Numbered from the stretch's first letter, positions 15,041 through 32,677 are shown. The stretch: DNA of 64,000 nt from the human T2T-CHM13v2.0 reference genome, Homo sapiens (GCF_009914755.1 NC_060941.1), one strand, 5' to 3'. The notes: a model not told the origin generated them from the letters alone. Translations and numbers: made by a program.

Positions 15041-16423
15041 CAGACAGAGTGATTAAATCTTTTAACAGATAGTTAACATTAATTCTCTTAATTCTTTTCT
15101 TAATTTTTAATTAATTCTTTTAACAAGTAGTACTAATGCTCAACATACAACAGTGAGCGAGACTTAATCTCTGCCCTCCGGAAGCTTATACGGTAGTTCT
15201 TTTTAGCGAAAGAACTTGTAAGTCCGAAAAATGTACAGATGGCATTAACTAGAGTGTTTAGTTCTGTTGTTTGCGTTCCTTCTTTAATAATGTTTTAATA
15301 TCTCCACATAGTTAAAAAAAAGAAAAAATGGAAAATATCCTGGAAGGTTTAGTAAGCAATTATTTTCTTTATTAGAACAAACTGTTGTTTGGTTTGAACT
15401 CTATTGTCATTGGCCTTGGAAATGTTGGAATTTTTCATTAATATGGATTATTAATATTATTTACAGATATCTCACATGTATATTGAATTATGAGTTGTCA
15501 TATGGTACTTTTAGATGGAGTCATTTCCTTTGAGGCAAGCAGAAAAAGTGAAATGTTTCCCATGTTAGTGTTTTAGTTATAATAACCTAAACATAGTTTT
15601 ATACTACTTCATGTTAGATCAAGTTATGTAGAAAAGTAATTAGAATATGTTTCACTTGCACCTCAGTAGATTAAAACCAGTTTAGAAGTTTTAAAATGTG
15701 CTAATTCTTTTTGACATTTGTTGATTTGTCTGTTTGGTGAAGGCAGATCCTGGATTTCAGTTTAGGGAAGATGATACTTAAAAGACTGACAAACTTGTAC
15801 TTTGTGTTATCAGGAAATGGGACCTGATTATTTCTTGGAGGCTTGGAAGATTTTGCTGCATTGTCAAATGATTGCACTTTAACCTTATATCTAGTAGAAA
15901 TTTTACTTTCCTTAGGTGAGATCAGAGTAGTTGAACTGTAGATTTGTATGTCAAAACTCATAGTAGTAGGTGTATATTCAATAAATAGATGTAACAAAAG
16001 ATGGCAAACTAGCTGTCCTAAACATCCACAACCTTGTTTAAGCCTTTTTATATTCAGCAGATTATCATACCTCCTAATTCACTAGAACTTTATTTATTTG
16101 GAATTTCCTGATTCTTTCAGTTAAGCCAAAAACTGATTATTTGGTAACATCAGTAAAATTGATAACCCTTTAATGAGACTAACTAAGAGAAACAGGAGAC
16201 ACAAAGTACTGATATCAGGAATGAAAGAAGGGGCATCACTACAGATCTTATGATCAATAAAAGATAATAAGGTAATATTATACAACTTTTATGCCAATAA
16301 ATTTGTTAACTTACATGAAATGGAAAACCTAACTAATTGGAAAGTTTTTGGTAAGTGAAGAACAATCAGTAGAATAATTTTCCTGGGAGCAGTTTAAAAT
16401 TGTAAGCAAATATTTCACAATAC

Positions 16424-16721
<298 letters not shown>

Positions 16722-17325
16722 ACACAATACTTTTTAAAAATTCAATTTTAAATTAAAATTTAACATTTAAATTAAAAAATTTTAAAGCTTATTTTTCCCA
16801 TGAAGGAAGGCCATAAAACAGTGATACAAGAACTCAGGGAAGACATGGCGAGATAAACCCCACAAATTGATCACAGAATTGATGAATTGTAAGGCATGGA
16901 AGGGAGAATAGATAGAAAATGGAATTAAATGAGAGACTGAACAAAATGGGAAGAAAATCACAACATGTGCATAGTTCCCGAATAAGAACAGCAAAGCATT
17001 GTGATTGAGGAAATATTTAAGGTAAAAATTAAGAAAACTTTATGGAAATAAAATGACTTCATTTGATGTAATGAAATAGCACAGCGTGTACCAAGGATAG
17101 TTGACTCAGAATGGTCAATTCCAATATATATCATTGTAAAGTTTCTGAATTTCAGGAGCTTTAATAACTCGGAGGTGGTGAGGTGGGTGTGGGGAGTGAA
17201 GAGGGAGTAGTGGGGATTAGGCTGATCTCATATTTCCCCACAACAACTAGAGCAAATACTATAAGACCCCCGAGAAAGATAGTGAAAAGCAGCCCAAATT
17301 CACTTGAAATAGAAAGGTATAGGTT

Positions 17326-17502
17326 AGAGGTCAGCAAACTTTCTCCTGCAAGAAATATTTTAGGTTCATTGGATGATATGTTCACTGTGGCAACTAAACT
17401 ATAGACAATAAAGAAATGAATAGGTTCGGCTGTGTTTCAATAAAACATTATTTACAAAAATAGCAGTGGGGCAGGATTTTGGGCATAGTTTGTTGACTTC
17501 TA
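17326..17502. mobile_element. MER58A-like hAT MITE
   Basis: Inverted ends AGGTCAGCAAACT / AGTTTGTTGACTTCT; internal GGCTGTGTTTCAATAAAAC. Confidence 0.75.
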
Positions 17503-17580
17503 TATACCGCCATTTTGGAAATGTTTTTCTAGACAAAATCTAAAAAAATATTAATCATGCTGTACTTATGCATGGTTTTT

Positions 17581-17755
17581 GTTGTTTTTATTACAGACAG
17601 GGTTTCATTATGTTGCTCAGGCTGAAGTGCAGTGGCTATTCACAGGCATGATTCATGGCACACTGCAGCCTCAAACTCCTGGCTTGAAATGGGCTCAAGT
17701 GGTCCTCCTGCCTCTGGAGTAGCTGGCACTACAGGCATATGCCACTGTGCCTGTC
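17581..17755 (-). mobile_element. FAM (fossil Alu monomer)
   Basis: Contains the 7SL-derived GGCTATTCACAGGC segment absent from dimeric Alus; TSD TTATGCATGGTTTTT at 17566 and 17756. Confidence 0.85.
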
Positions 17756-20084
17756 TTATGCATGGTTTTTAGTGGAGGAAGACTGTGTGGGCGTAGTAGA
17801 AAATAGTATTGTATAAGTAGATAATGTATGTATTTATATTATATGTATATTACATGTATATATGTAAATAAACTGGCAGCCCATATCTGTTTCTTGTAAC
17901 ATTTCTTTCATAATTTGAATTTTCATTGTATTTGTTTACCATTGTGGAACATTAAACATATTTCTTTGTATTATAACTTAATTTCCAGTCCTTAAAAGAA
18001 AACTCAGCTAATTATTTTGAAACCTCCTTAAAGATAGTCTTTCTAACACATCTTTGTGTTTAATCACAAATAAAGGAAACTTACTTTCTTTTTTTCAACA
18101 TAATGTATTATGTCTTTGCGTCTTATGTTGTCTGTTAGATCTTTCTTGAAGAAGAATGTCTGATTCCAACCCCAATTGTAATATTACCTCCTGTTTTTGT
18201 GTGGAGATGTCACTTACCCCTTTGTGCCTGGTTACCTCTCTATAAGTTGTGCGAGTGTCGGAAGGTTTCATAACCCAGTGTTTATTGAGAACTCTGCAGA
18301 AGAAAAATGCAGAATAAAGTTATTAACTAGGCTCATCACAGGTTTAGCTTTTAATATGGTTACGTTTCCATTTTCTTTTCTTTTTCTTTTTAATTACTTA
18401 ATTAAAAACAAGACCAACTGGCTTTTGTTCTTTAGGAGCCAAATGAGAATACAAATAATGTAATACTATCAAAAATTTTCCTCTTAAATTTAAAGCATTA
18501 GATTCAGTAACACATGTTGAAGGTTGTGCAGCTTTTTCCCATTTAAAAATAAGTGTTTCCATGCTTCTTGCAATTTGTGGTAGATTTTAAATGTCTTTGC
18601 TATTTTGTGTTTCACTTATACATGCACATTCTTGGAAAATGTCACTTTCTCAAATACTTTGTTCCGCTTTTCCTAATTTTGTTTCAATCTGTTAAATATC
18701 ATGAATGAAAATAATAAAAGTCTTTGTAAAGGAAAATGGTATTAATGTTTAGAATTTTGAAATCATAAAAGCCATATTTCACATTGCTTTAAAGTGATGT
18801 TCATTGTATTGCATTAAAAAAAAAACCCTCTATTTTGAAAACATTGTCCAGGTTAAGAATGGCTATGATTCTAAGAAAATACCCAAATGTAAAGAAAAAA
18901 CATACTGTTACAAATAATTAAAAAATAGATGAGAGACAAAATTTAAATATTTTTGTTAGGGATTTATGAAACTTGAGTTTTGGAATTGAATTTAATATTG
19001 TATTATTTGTAATTCTTGTTTTTCATCAAGCATAAAAGATCCTTTTGCATCTGTCTACTATACCATTTTCAGGAGGTATTTAAATTTTAAAGATGCAGAA
19101 GGTACAGTGTGAGGCTACCATCTTTCATGCATTATAATTTTTAAAAAGCTGAAGTATTCAACATCAAACTTAGTCTTTGCAAAAAGCTCAAGGCACTTAG
19201 CTCATTTTTCATTCTATAGATGCAAAAAACCTAGTTTGTGACAAAGAAAATGAATTGTTGATCCTATGATATAAAGATATAATTACACAAGAATACTTAG
19301 TTGTACATAGCTAAAAGTCTTATTTAATTCCTGTTTTTTGACCTCTTCATGTTTTGGCTCCTTTAGTGGTTCATTTGACTAGGCCTCACTGCATTCTTGA
19401 CTTTTGTCTTACGTAGAAACCGTTGGATCTGAAACAGATTGTCAGAAGGTTTCCCCGTGTTTACAACATGTTTGGTAGTATTTATATATAAAAAGATTCC
19501 TAAGTTATGGGTTGAGAATTCTCATGATTACTTAACCAAGTGATGTGGTTATGTACATTTGGTCAAATCTTTTGACAGGTTAACCTCAATTAATTAAGAA
19601 CAAATTACTGATATGACTTGTGAAAATTAAAATAACTTTTGATTAAAATTGCTTAATGCTTTGTAGGCTTCTCTGTTTTATCATTTCAAAAACTCTCCCT
19701 ATTGTCTCAATAAAAGTGAGTTAGAATTCCAGAAATGTTAGTGTGTTACAGAACTTGAACAATGGAGGCTCATTTGGTTAAATTTGTTTCAGAATAGATT
19801 ATATTGTTAAAATTTTAAAAATTATTTAAATAAATGAAAATTGTGTAATAATTTTTCATATACTACTTTAAGTAAGGAACTTAATTTAGTAGATTTAAAT
19901 GTAGCATATATAAATGAAGTCATAATTTTACTTATACTGCTGAAATTTAATCAATGTCATTTTGAAGTAGTATAATGGCAGAAGGACTGAAACTTTATTA
20001 TGTATCTATTAAAAAACCCTTCTGCGTCTTTGAGGTCACACTAAATCTAAAGATCATTTTGTTGCAAAAGAGAGACTGGATGGG

Positions 20085-20675
<591 letters not shown>

Positions 20676-21633
20676 TGATGGTGTTTGGGGAGACTGGGGA
20701 CCAGCAAATGGAAGATGGCATGAGGTAGCCTTTCGAGGTGCTGGAAATGTATTTTTCTGTCTGTGTGGAGTTATAAGGGATATATGGACTTTATGAAAAT
20801 TTACCAAGGTGTACACTTTAGATTTATATACTCGTTTTTAGGTATGTTATACTTCTGTATATCTTTATTTAAAAGTAATTGTAAAACATACTTTAATAAA
20901 TAACTGCTAGTTACTTTTAGATTTTTTGATATCCTTTTCTGCTTTGGAACTAATTTTTTAGTTAATATGACTCAACAAAAGTAAATGATAGGTATATCCT
21001 ACCACTGCTTTAACCAGATCATTGGATAATAACCTTTTAAAATAGGAGATCTTTGATTGCAATGGAATTTCAGCTTTATGTTTTTTTGGTAGTGGACAAC
21101 CTTATACATTTGGTGAATTAGGATACTTATAATCATTAAAAATCTAAGGTTACTACTACATAACGTATCAAAAAATAGTGGCATGAACTCCTTATACTCA
21201 GGTTAACTTCTGGCACCAAGATACCACCTGCCTATGTGGTGATTAAAAAAAGAAAGTATACTAGAACAATTTTTTTTTTCAATTTTCTATTTAGAACCCT
21301 GACTTTAGCTAGTTCCATGTCCTTTTCTTTTGCCAATATTCTGCATACTCTACGGGACATGATCTTCTGTGATTCTACATTGTGGGTTATAGTTCCTTTC
21401 TCCACTTATTTATATTCTCATCTAAGTAAGCAGTGCTCACATTTGCTTACTCCTGAGTGTGCTATCTTTTCTTTCTCTACTCTAACGTTAAGTTTCTAAG
21501 CTCTTTCTTCTATCTCCTTGGATTCCACCATTGTACTGAAAATGAATTCCTCCATATTTACAGGCTGGCTTTCATTTGAAAGATAATTATTTCCTAATAA
21601 TACTGACTTTGTTGGGTTTTGCATTCTCTTAGC

Positions 21634-21860
21634 TTTTTTTTTTTTATATTTTTATTTTTATAGACAGGGTCTTGCTCTGTTGCCCAGACTAGAGTGCAGT
21701 GGCCCAATTATAGCTCATTGCAGTCTTGAATTCCTGGGCTCAACGTATCCTCTCTCCTCAGCCTCCTAAGCAGCTAGGAATGTAGGTGTACAACACCACA
21801 CCCAGCTAATTTTTAACATTTTTTTATAGAGAGAGGGTCTTGCTACGCTACTAAGGCTGA
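21634..21860 (-). mobile_element. AluJ, partial
   Basis: Right arm plus part of left arm. Confidence 0.85.
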
Positions 21861-21928
21861 TTTTTATTTTTTATTTTTTTGTTACTTATTTTATATAGTA
21901 TTAGTATATATTTTTAAAAATTGGCTAA

Positions 21929-22290
<362 letters not shown>

Positions 22291-22744
22291 ATACTATTTG
22301 TTGAAGTTAAGAATATATCCCATCTCCATATTTTTGGCAAGATGTGCCCTCTTGTTCCTCTCCCTACACTCAGTCATACTGCCATTTATCTACCTTGTGA
22401 CCAGTATGACAGATTGCATTCTTTTTACATACAGGCTTATATTAGCTATTTAAAGAAACAAGGACTCCCAGGTCATTTCTAATTCTTACTTTCTAATCTT
22501 AACATGGCTGTATGGACAGTGTTGCATATCCTTTTATCATCTGCACTGATCCCTTTTCCCGACTCTATGTTTTTCTTTATGCATATTACTTATTAATCTC
22601 TAACATTTGATTTATTTTACTCATTTATGTGTTTATTTTGTGTTCAGTAGGTGTCTTTACCTACTAGAATATGTTCAACAGTGGGAAGGATTTTGCCCTG
22701 TTTTGCGCTCATAGTGCCTGGCACAAAGTATACAACTAATATAC

Positions 22745-23050
<306 letters not shown>

Positions 23051-23718
23051 TAAATTTATCGAATGAATAAATTAATGAGAATATAAAAGGCAATAGTTCC
23101 CTCTACCATTCTGAGATTGAGGCCTAATTTTGACTTAAGATTCATTGTTACTTCCATATTGCTCAAAATAATTTCATTGGTGTTTACTAACCCATTTTAG
23201 ATGAGGTGTTAGGATATACCAACATCACATACAATTCCCTGTCTTCCCAGTATAGTTGTATAAAAAAACTTCAGTTTTTCTGTTTTGTTTTTTTTAAAGG
23301 TGCTGTGGTCTGTCTCTGTAGAAGTAGAGTTTTTCACTTCATGCCAACCTGTAAATTTTGCTTGCCCTTGGTTCAGATACCTTTGTTGGTCTAACTAAGG
23401 GGGAGGGCCCTTGTATCAAGCATGACCATCTAAGACTACTGGCTTATCATGGGATGCTGAGTAGGACAGTTCTCTTTATGTCAGTTGTGGCTGGCAGATC
23501 TTTTAATTGACCTGATGGATATCATAAGATTGCAAAGGAAGAAGCAGGCATCTCAAGCTGGGAGGATATCATTGTAGTCAGTGAGTAGACGTGAGGATGG
23601 AATAGAGCCAAGTAGATAGAATACCATGAGTAAAAAAGTTAATAAAGGTTTAAAGGCTGCAGTACAAGTTGTCTGAAAGGGGAGAATGTAAACTAATGGT
23701 TTAAAAATGCTCCAACAA

Positions 23719-24106
<388 letters not shown>

Positions 24107-24539
24107 TCATTGAAAGCTTTAGAAACAGGAATCAAATGATTAGAGAGAATTGTTTAGGGAGATTACTGTGACAAGGTGGATTTTTAAGTTGTAATGTTTG
24201 AGTGTGATATAATAAAACAGACCACAAGGGATAAATTCCCATTGCTTATGATCCTTAACAGTGGCCACTGCTCATTACACTCTGTTTCCAAACATCTTGT
24301 TTTCCCTTCAGTTCTCCTGGTTTCTGCTTCATTCTAAAACATTTATTGACGGTAAACTATGTCTAAGCACATGCCTGGGCATGCAAAATGAATAATATAC
24401 TATTATTGGCTTAAAGAAGATCACAATCTGATGGAGACTTAAAAATAAAGTATAAAAAATTTTGAAAATGCTATCGTTCCTAGAGGTTCCACCCTGTGTT
24501 CTATTCTCTTGGTTACATACTCCCTTTCTACTTCTTTCT

Positions 24540-25123
<584 letters not shown>

Positions 25124-25174
25124 TAATAGCATCACCAAGTTCTCATTCAGATTGGCTCAAAACCTCAATGTTGA

Positions 25175-27610
<2,436 letters not shown>

Positions 27611-27829
27611 AAAAAAAAAAAAAAAGTACTCTTGTATTAGCAGATTGGCTTTAAACCAGGACAGTCCTTGAATGTGTAGTAATGCCATCTACAACTCTGC
27701 CTTAGTCTTCACTTCCCGCTTGAGATGAGCCAGAGGCTCAGCCAGAGATGCAAAACGAGAGTCCTTGCTGTTTTTCTTTGAGCAAATGTTTGGCCCTGTG
27801 TATGAGTGTTTTAGTTTTTATTCCCCAGT

Positions 27830-28005
27830 ATATTAGTCAGTGTATATAAACACAGATAGACACATAGATACACACAAAACCGTTTTAAGGAATTGGTTTG
27901 TGTAATTTGGGGGTACAGCAAGTAAGAACTAGGCCAGGCTAGCAAGCTGAGAGGCTAAAAACTGTCAGAGAAGGATTGATGCTGCAGTCTTGAGACAGAA
28001 TTTTT
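27830..28005 (-). mobile_element. MLT2-like LTR fragment
   Basis: TATTAGTCAG...TTTTAAGGAATTGG...TTGATGCTGCAGTCTTGAGACAGAATTT. Confidence 0.6.
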
Positions 28006-28509
28006 TTGAAATAACATGTAATTTCACAAACTGAATCTCTGTGTTCAGTTCTTTTTTTTTTTTTTAATCTGCTGTCTTTTAAATCTCTTTATTCATTTCC
28101 TTTTAATTCTGGAAAATGTACTGTACTTCACAAATTCAGTTTTCTGCATGAACTAGTCTATTTATAGCTCCATGTACACTTTCTGTTTTTACTACTTTTT
28201 TGTGGAGGGGTAGTGTGCAGAGGAGAGTAATGGACTTGGTTGGGTGTTTATTATTTGCTTGAGGATGGTATGTTTTCTGTATTCTTATGAAGAAAATAAG
28301 ACTTATTTTTTCTCCCACAATTAAAAAAAGTTTATAAAGAGATTTTCTCTCAAGGAAAGCTATTATTATAACTTGTAGCTCAGGTTCAACAGCAAGTGGT
28401 GCCTCGTACTGGTTTTTAACAAATATCAGGCCGGGCACAGTGGCTCATGCTTGTAATCCCAGCACTTTCAGAGGTGCATAGAAGAATTGAGTGAAAAGTA
28501 CAGTGGTCT

Positions 28510-28826
28510 TCTTTCTTCTTCCTTTTCCTCCTCCTGTTCCTTCTTTCTTCTTGACAGGCTCTCACTCTGTCACTGGAGTACAGTGGCACAATCATAGCAC
28601 ATTGTATGTAGTCTTGAACTCCTGGGCTGAAGTGATCCTTCTGCCTCAACCTCCCAAGTAGCTGGGACTACAGGCGTGCTACCGTGCCTCGCTGATTTTT
28701 TATTTTTTGTAGAGATAGGGTCTTGCTACATTGCCCAGGATGGTCTTGAACTTCTGGGCTCAAGCAATCATCTCACCTTGGCCTCCAAAAGTGCTGGGAT
28801 TAGAGACGGAACCCACTGCACTTGGT
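28510..28826 (-). mobile_element. AluJ, preceded by a sense Alu 5' stub at 28429-28474
   Basis: Antisense dimer with (CTT)-degenerate tail. Confidence 0.88.
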
Positions 28827-29115
28827 GCCTGGACTCCCCTATTCTTTGATACATCCACTTTCTCCCATCATTAACACATTAAATTAGTGTGGCTAGTACA
28901 TTTGTTTCAGTCAGTGTGCTGATACTGATACAACTAATATCCATAGTTTATATTAAGTTTCACCCCTTGAGTTGTACATTGTGTGGCATTTGAGAAATGT
29001 ATGATGCTCTGTACCCACTATTACAGTATCATAAAGATAGTTCCTCTGTCCTGAGAATTCCCTGTACTCTGCTTATTACTCCTTTTTTCCCTCCCCCTAA
29101 CTCCTGGCACCACTG

Positions 29116-29428
29116 TTTTTTTTTTTTTTTTTTTTTTTTTTTTTGAGATGGAGTTTTTGCTCTTGTTGCCCAGGTTGGAGTGCAATGGCGTGATCTCGGC
29201 TCTCTGCAACCTCTGCCTCCTCAGTTCAAATGATTCTTCTGTCTCAGCCTCCTGAGAAGCTGGGATTACAGGCACCCGCCACCACACCCAGCTAATTTTT
29301 GTATTTTTAGTAGAGATGGGGTTTCATCATATTGGTCAGGCTGGTCTCGAACTCCTGACCTCAGGTAATCTGCCTGCCTCGGCTTCTGAAAGTGCTGGGA
29401 TTAGAGGCGTGAGCCACTGCGCCCGGCC
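29116..29428 (-). mobile_element. AluSp/Sq-like within antisense L1MC fragment (28860-29540)
   Basis: Long polyT plus full dimer. Confidence 0.95.
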
Positions 29429-30033
29429 AATTTTAGACCTTTTCTGACAAGCTTCTTTTACTTAGCAATATGCATTCAGGGTTCCCTCATTTCTTTTTCT
29501 GGCTTGATGGCTCATTTCTTTTTGTTGCTGAATAATACTTTTATTAGCAACAAAGAATGAAATACTTAAGTGTAAAACAAGCAAAAGATCTATATGAGTA
29601 AAACAACAAAATACTGATACATGAAATAAAAAAATATAAATGTCATCTCTTCCTAAGTTGATCTATGCATTCAGTGCAATTCCTATAAAAATACAAGCAA
29701 GTTATTTTGTGGATATGTACTAAGTAATTCTAAAGTTTGTATGGAAAGGCAATGCTCCTAGAAGATAACATAGAAAATCTAGGTGACCTTGAGTTTTGGC
29801 GATGACCTCTTAAGTACAACACCGAAAGCGCAATCATAAATGAAAAAATCAGTAAGTTGGGCTTTATTAAAATTAAAAACTTTTGCTCCGTGAAAGATTA
29901 TTTTAAGAGAGTGAGAAGATGGGCTGCAGATGGTGAGGAAATATTGGTGAAAGACACGTCTGACTAAAGAACTAAAAAACTCTTAAACCTGAACAGTAAG
30001 AAAATGAACAATCCTATTAAAAAATGAGCAAAA

Positions 30034-31411
30034 GGGTCTCAGCAGCTCGGGCTGCAGGAGGAGTGGCAGCAGCCAGGCAGCCCAGCTTCGCAAAGGCTCT
30101 CGGCATGCTGCGGCCCGCAGGCACCTGGCACACGTCCTCCCCGCCACCAGGATGCCCGAGAGGAAGGTCAGCTCCACCGAAGGGGCCGCCAAGGAAGAGG
30201 CCAAGAGGAGATCGCCGCGGTTGTCAGCTAAACTTGCTCCTGCAAAAATGGAAGCGAAGCCGAAAAAGGCAGCAGCAAAGCATTGAAACCACCATCTGTA
30301 AAGCTCTACATGTTCTTCACGGGGTGAATAATTTCTACCCAAAACTTGGGTTAAAGCTTGAAACGAGGAAGTACAAATAAAAGGGCAAAGGGGAGCAAAG
30401 GGAAAACAGGCTGAAAGAAACTAAAGAAGATTTACCTGCAGAAAAGGGGGAAATGAAAACTGAGGGGAGTCCAGCCTCTGATGAAGCAGGAGAGAAAGAA
30501 GCCAAGTCTGATTAATACCATATACCATGTCTTATCAGTGGTCCCTGTCTCCCTTCTTGTACAATCCAGAGGAATATTTTTATCAACTATTTTGTAAATG
30601 CAAGTTTTTTAGTAGCTCTAGAAACATTTTTAAGAAGGGAATCTCACCTCATCCCATTTTTTAAGTGTAAATGCTTTTTTTTAAGAGGTGAAATCATTTG
30701 CTGGTTGTTTATTTTTTGGTACAACCAGAAAATAGTGTGGGATATTGAATTATGGGAAGCTTTGACTGTCTTGGGTGTCAGCTTAACATTTCATAGATGG
30801 GGGATAGTTTTCATATCCTATAATACAAAGCATATTAAATGGCAATATGGAGTCAGTCCTGCATTTAATGTCTTGAACATTTTAAATTACTTCTATTCCC
30901 GTGGTTTTTTTTTTTATTATACTTTAAGTTTTAGGGTATGTGTGCACAATGTGCAGGTTAGTTACATATGTATACATGTGCCATGTTGGTGTGCTGCACC
31001 CATGTTGTTTTTTAGTAGAATTGTTTCCTAAAGAAAACCACTCTTTGATTATGGCTCTCCCTGTCAGAATTGTGTCCACTCTGTAACATCGTTGGTTGTG
31101 GTTGTCCTGTTTTCCTAATAACTTTGTTACTGTGCTGTGAAAGATTAAAAAATTGAATATGTAGTATACATGCTATTCAGTTGTGAATTGGTGGGATGTG
31201 TGTAACAGCTTATCAAATTGTGAAGATACTGGTACTTGATGTCCTCTTAAGGAAAATTTGCTTCCAAATTTAAGCTGGAAAGTCACTGGAATAACTTTAA
31301 AAAAGAATTAGGATACATGGCTTTTTAGATATTTGTTATGTATGTTAAGAATTGTGTACAAATTGAAATGTCTGTACTGATCCTCAACCAATAAAATCTC
31401 AATTATGAAAG
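30034..31411 (+). pseudogene. HMGN1 (HMG-14) processed pseudogene with 5'UTR, disrupted CDS (30152-30515), 3'UTR and polyA signal
   Basis: ATG 30152 reads MPERKVSSTEGAAKEEAKRRSPRLSAKLAPAKMEAKPKKAAAK. The C-terminal part reads ETKEDLPAEKGEMKTEGSPASDEAGEKEAKSD-TAA (ends 30515). No introns. AATAAA at 31390-31395. 15-nt TSD AAAAAA(T/A)GAGCAAAA at 30019-30033 and 31412-31426, after a TT|AAAA site. Confidence 0.95.
30905..31003 (-). mobile_element. ~100-bp L1PA 3' tail inserted in the HMGN1 pseudogene 3'UTR
   Basis: T-run followed by ATTATACTTTAAGTTTTAGGG...GTGCTGCACCCA. Flanks CCCGTGGTTTTTT and CCCATGTTGTTTTTT resemble a degenerate TSD. Confidence 0.9.
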
Positions 31412-32677
31412 AAAAAAAGAGCAAAAACCTGACCAAAGAAGATACACATGGCAAATAAGCATATGAAAGATGCTCAATAATGTATGTGATTGGGGAATTG
31501 CAAATTAAAAATAACAATTGGATACCACAGTTTTAAAGGGCTAAAAGCTCTAACATTGACAATACCAAATGCTGAGAAGAGGTGGAATAACAGGAATGCT
31601 CATTTATTGCTAGTGGGACTGCAAAATTGTACAGCTACTTTCAAATACAATTTGGCAGTTTCTTACAAAACTTAACATACTCATACCATAAGATTAACCA
31701 ATTGCCCTCCTTGGTGTTTACTCGAATGAGTTGAAACTTACGTCCTCCCAAAAACCTGCACAAAGATGCGTATAGCAACTTTATTCATAATGGCCAGAAC
31801 TTGAATACAACCAAGATGTCCTCCACCATGCAAATGGGTAAACATTGGTACATCCTGTGAGTGGAATGTCATTCAGTGCTAAAAAGAAATGAGGTATCAA
31901 GCCATGAAAAGACATGGAGGAATGAATGCATATTACTCCGTAAAAGAAGTCAATCTGATAATTGTACTGTATGATTCTAACTATATAATGAAACTGTGGA
32001 GACATTAAGTTGAAATTTTTTTTTAACTTCTCATCTCTTTTTTGATTAGTTCTCCTTTTATTCACATTTGTTTGTAGAGGAAAACATTTTAGTCATAGTA
32101 TTAATTCACTCAGAAAAATTATGTGAAATGAGTTATAAATTTAGTGGTGAACTGTACATGGAAGCTTCTTTCAAAATATATGTTTGAATTCAAATGCTAG
32201 TGTTTAAAAGTCTATTTAGTAACTGGTAATTTGACTGAATTGAACCATGTCATTATTATTTATTGACTGCCATTCAAAATAACCTTTTTTATTTTTACAC
32301 ATTTACTAGAGAAAAATAGGAAACTTAGACAAACATTCTTTCAGCTTGAGATAATCACGAGATAGTCACTAGTAACATTTTTATATCTAGCCTTCCAAAT
32401 AGATATGTAGTCAGATATATGCATTTCCTCTAAAATGTAAGTTCCATGAGGCCATAAGTGGTCAATTGAATGGATGAATGCATATTTAACAGACTTAAAT
32501 AAAAATCTACACACAATTTTAAACATACTGTTTTCTTATAAAATGTTTTTTATTAAGTATATGTCTATCACATACTTTTTTTTCATCCATGTTGTAGCAT
32601 GTATAAACACCTCATTCCTTTTTATTGCTGAATAATACTCCATTGAATGGATATATCACTTTTTTGTTTGTAAGTTG

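Larger units (their letters stand above)
29546..32005 (+). mobile_element. L1MC-like ORF2 end/3'UTR, split by the HMGN1 retrocopy
   Basis: L1 sequence ...AATCCTATTAAAAAATGAGCAAAA resumes after the pseudogene with CCAAAGAAGATACACATGGCAAATAAGCATATGAAA. Confidence 0.8.

Noticed and set aside
18437-18460. Possible 24-nt microexon after TTTTGTTCTTTAG
   Set aside because: Weak donor (GTAATA) and no protein similarity; cannot be supported from sequence alone.
30024-30380. 118-aa ORF (and antisense ORF 29983-30342) over the pseudogene
   Set aside because: Out-of-frame or antisense readings of GC-rich HMGN1 sequence; the ATG lies within the TSD.
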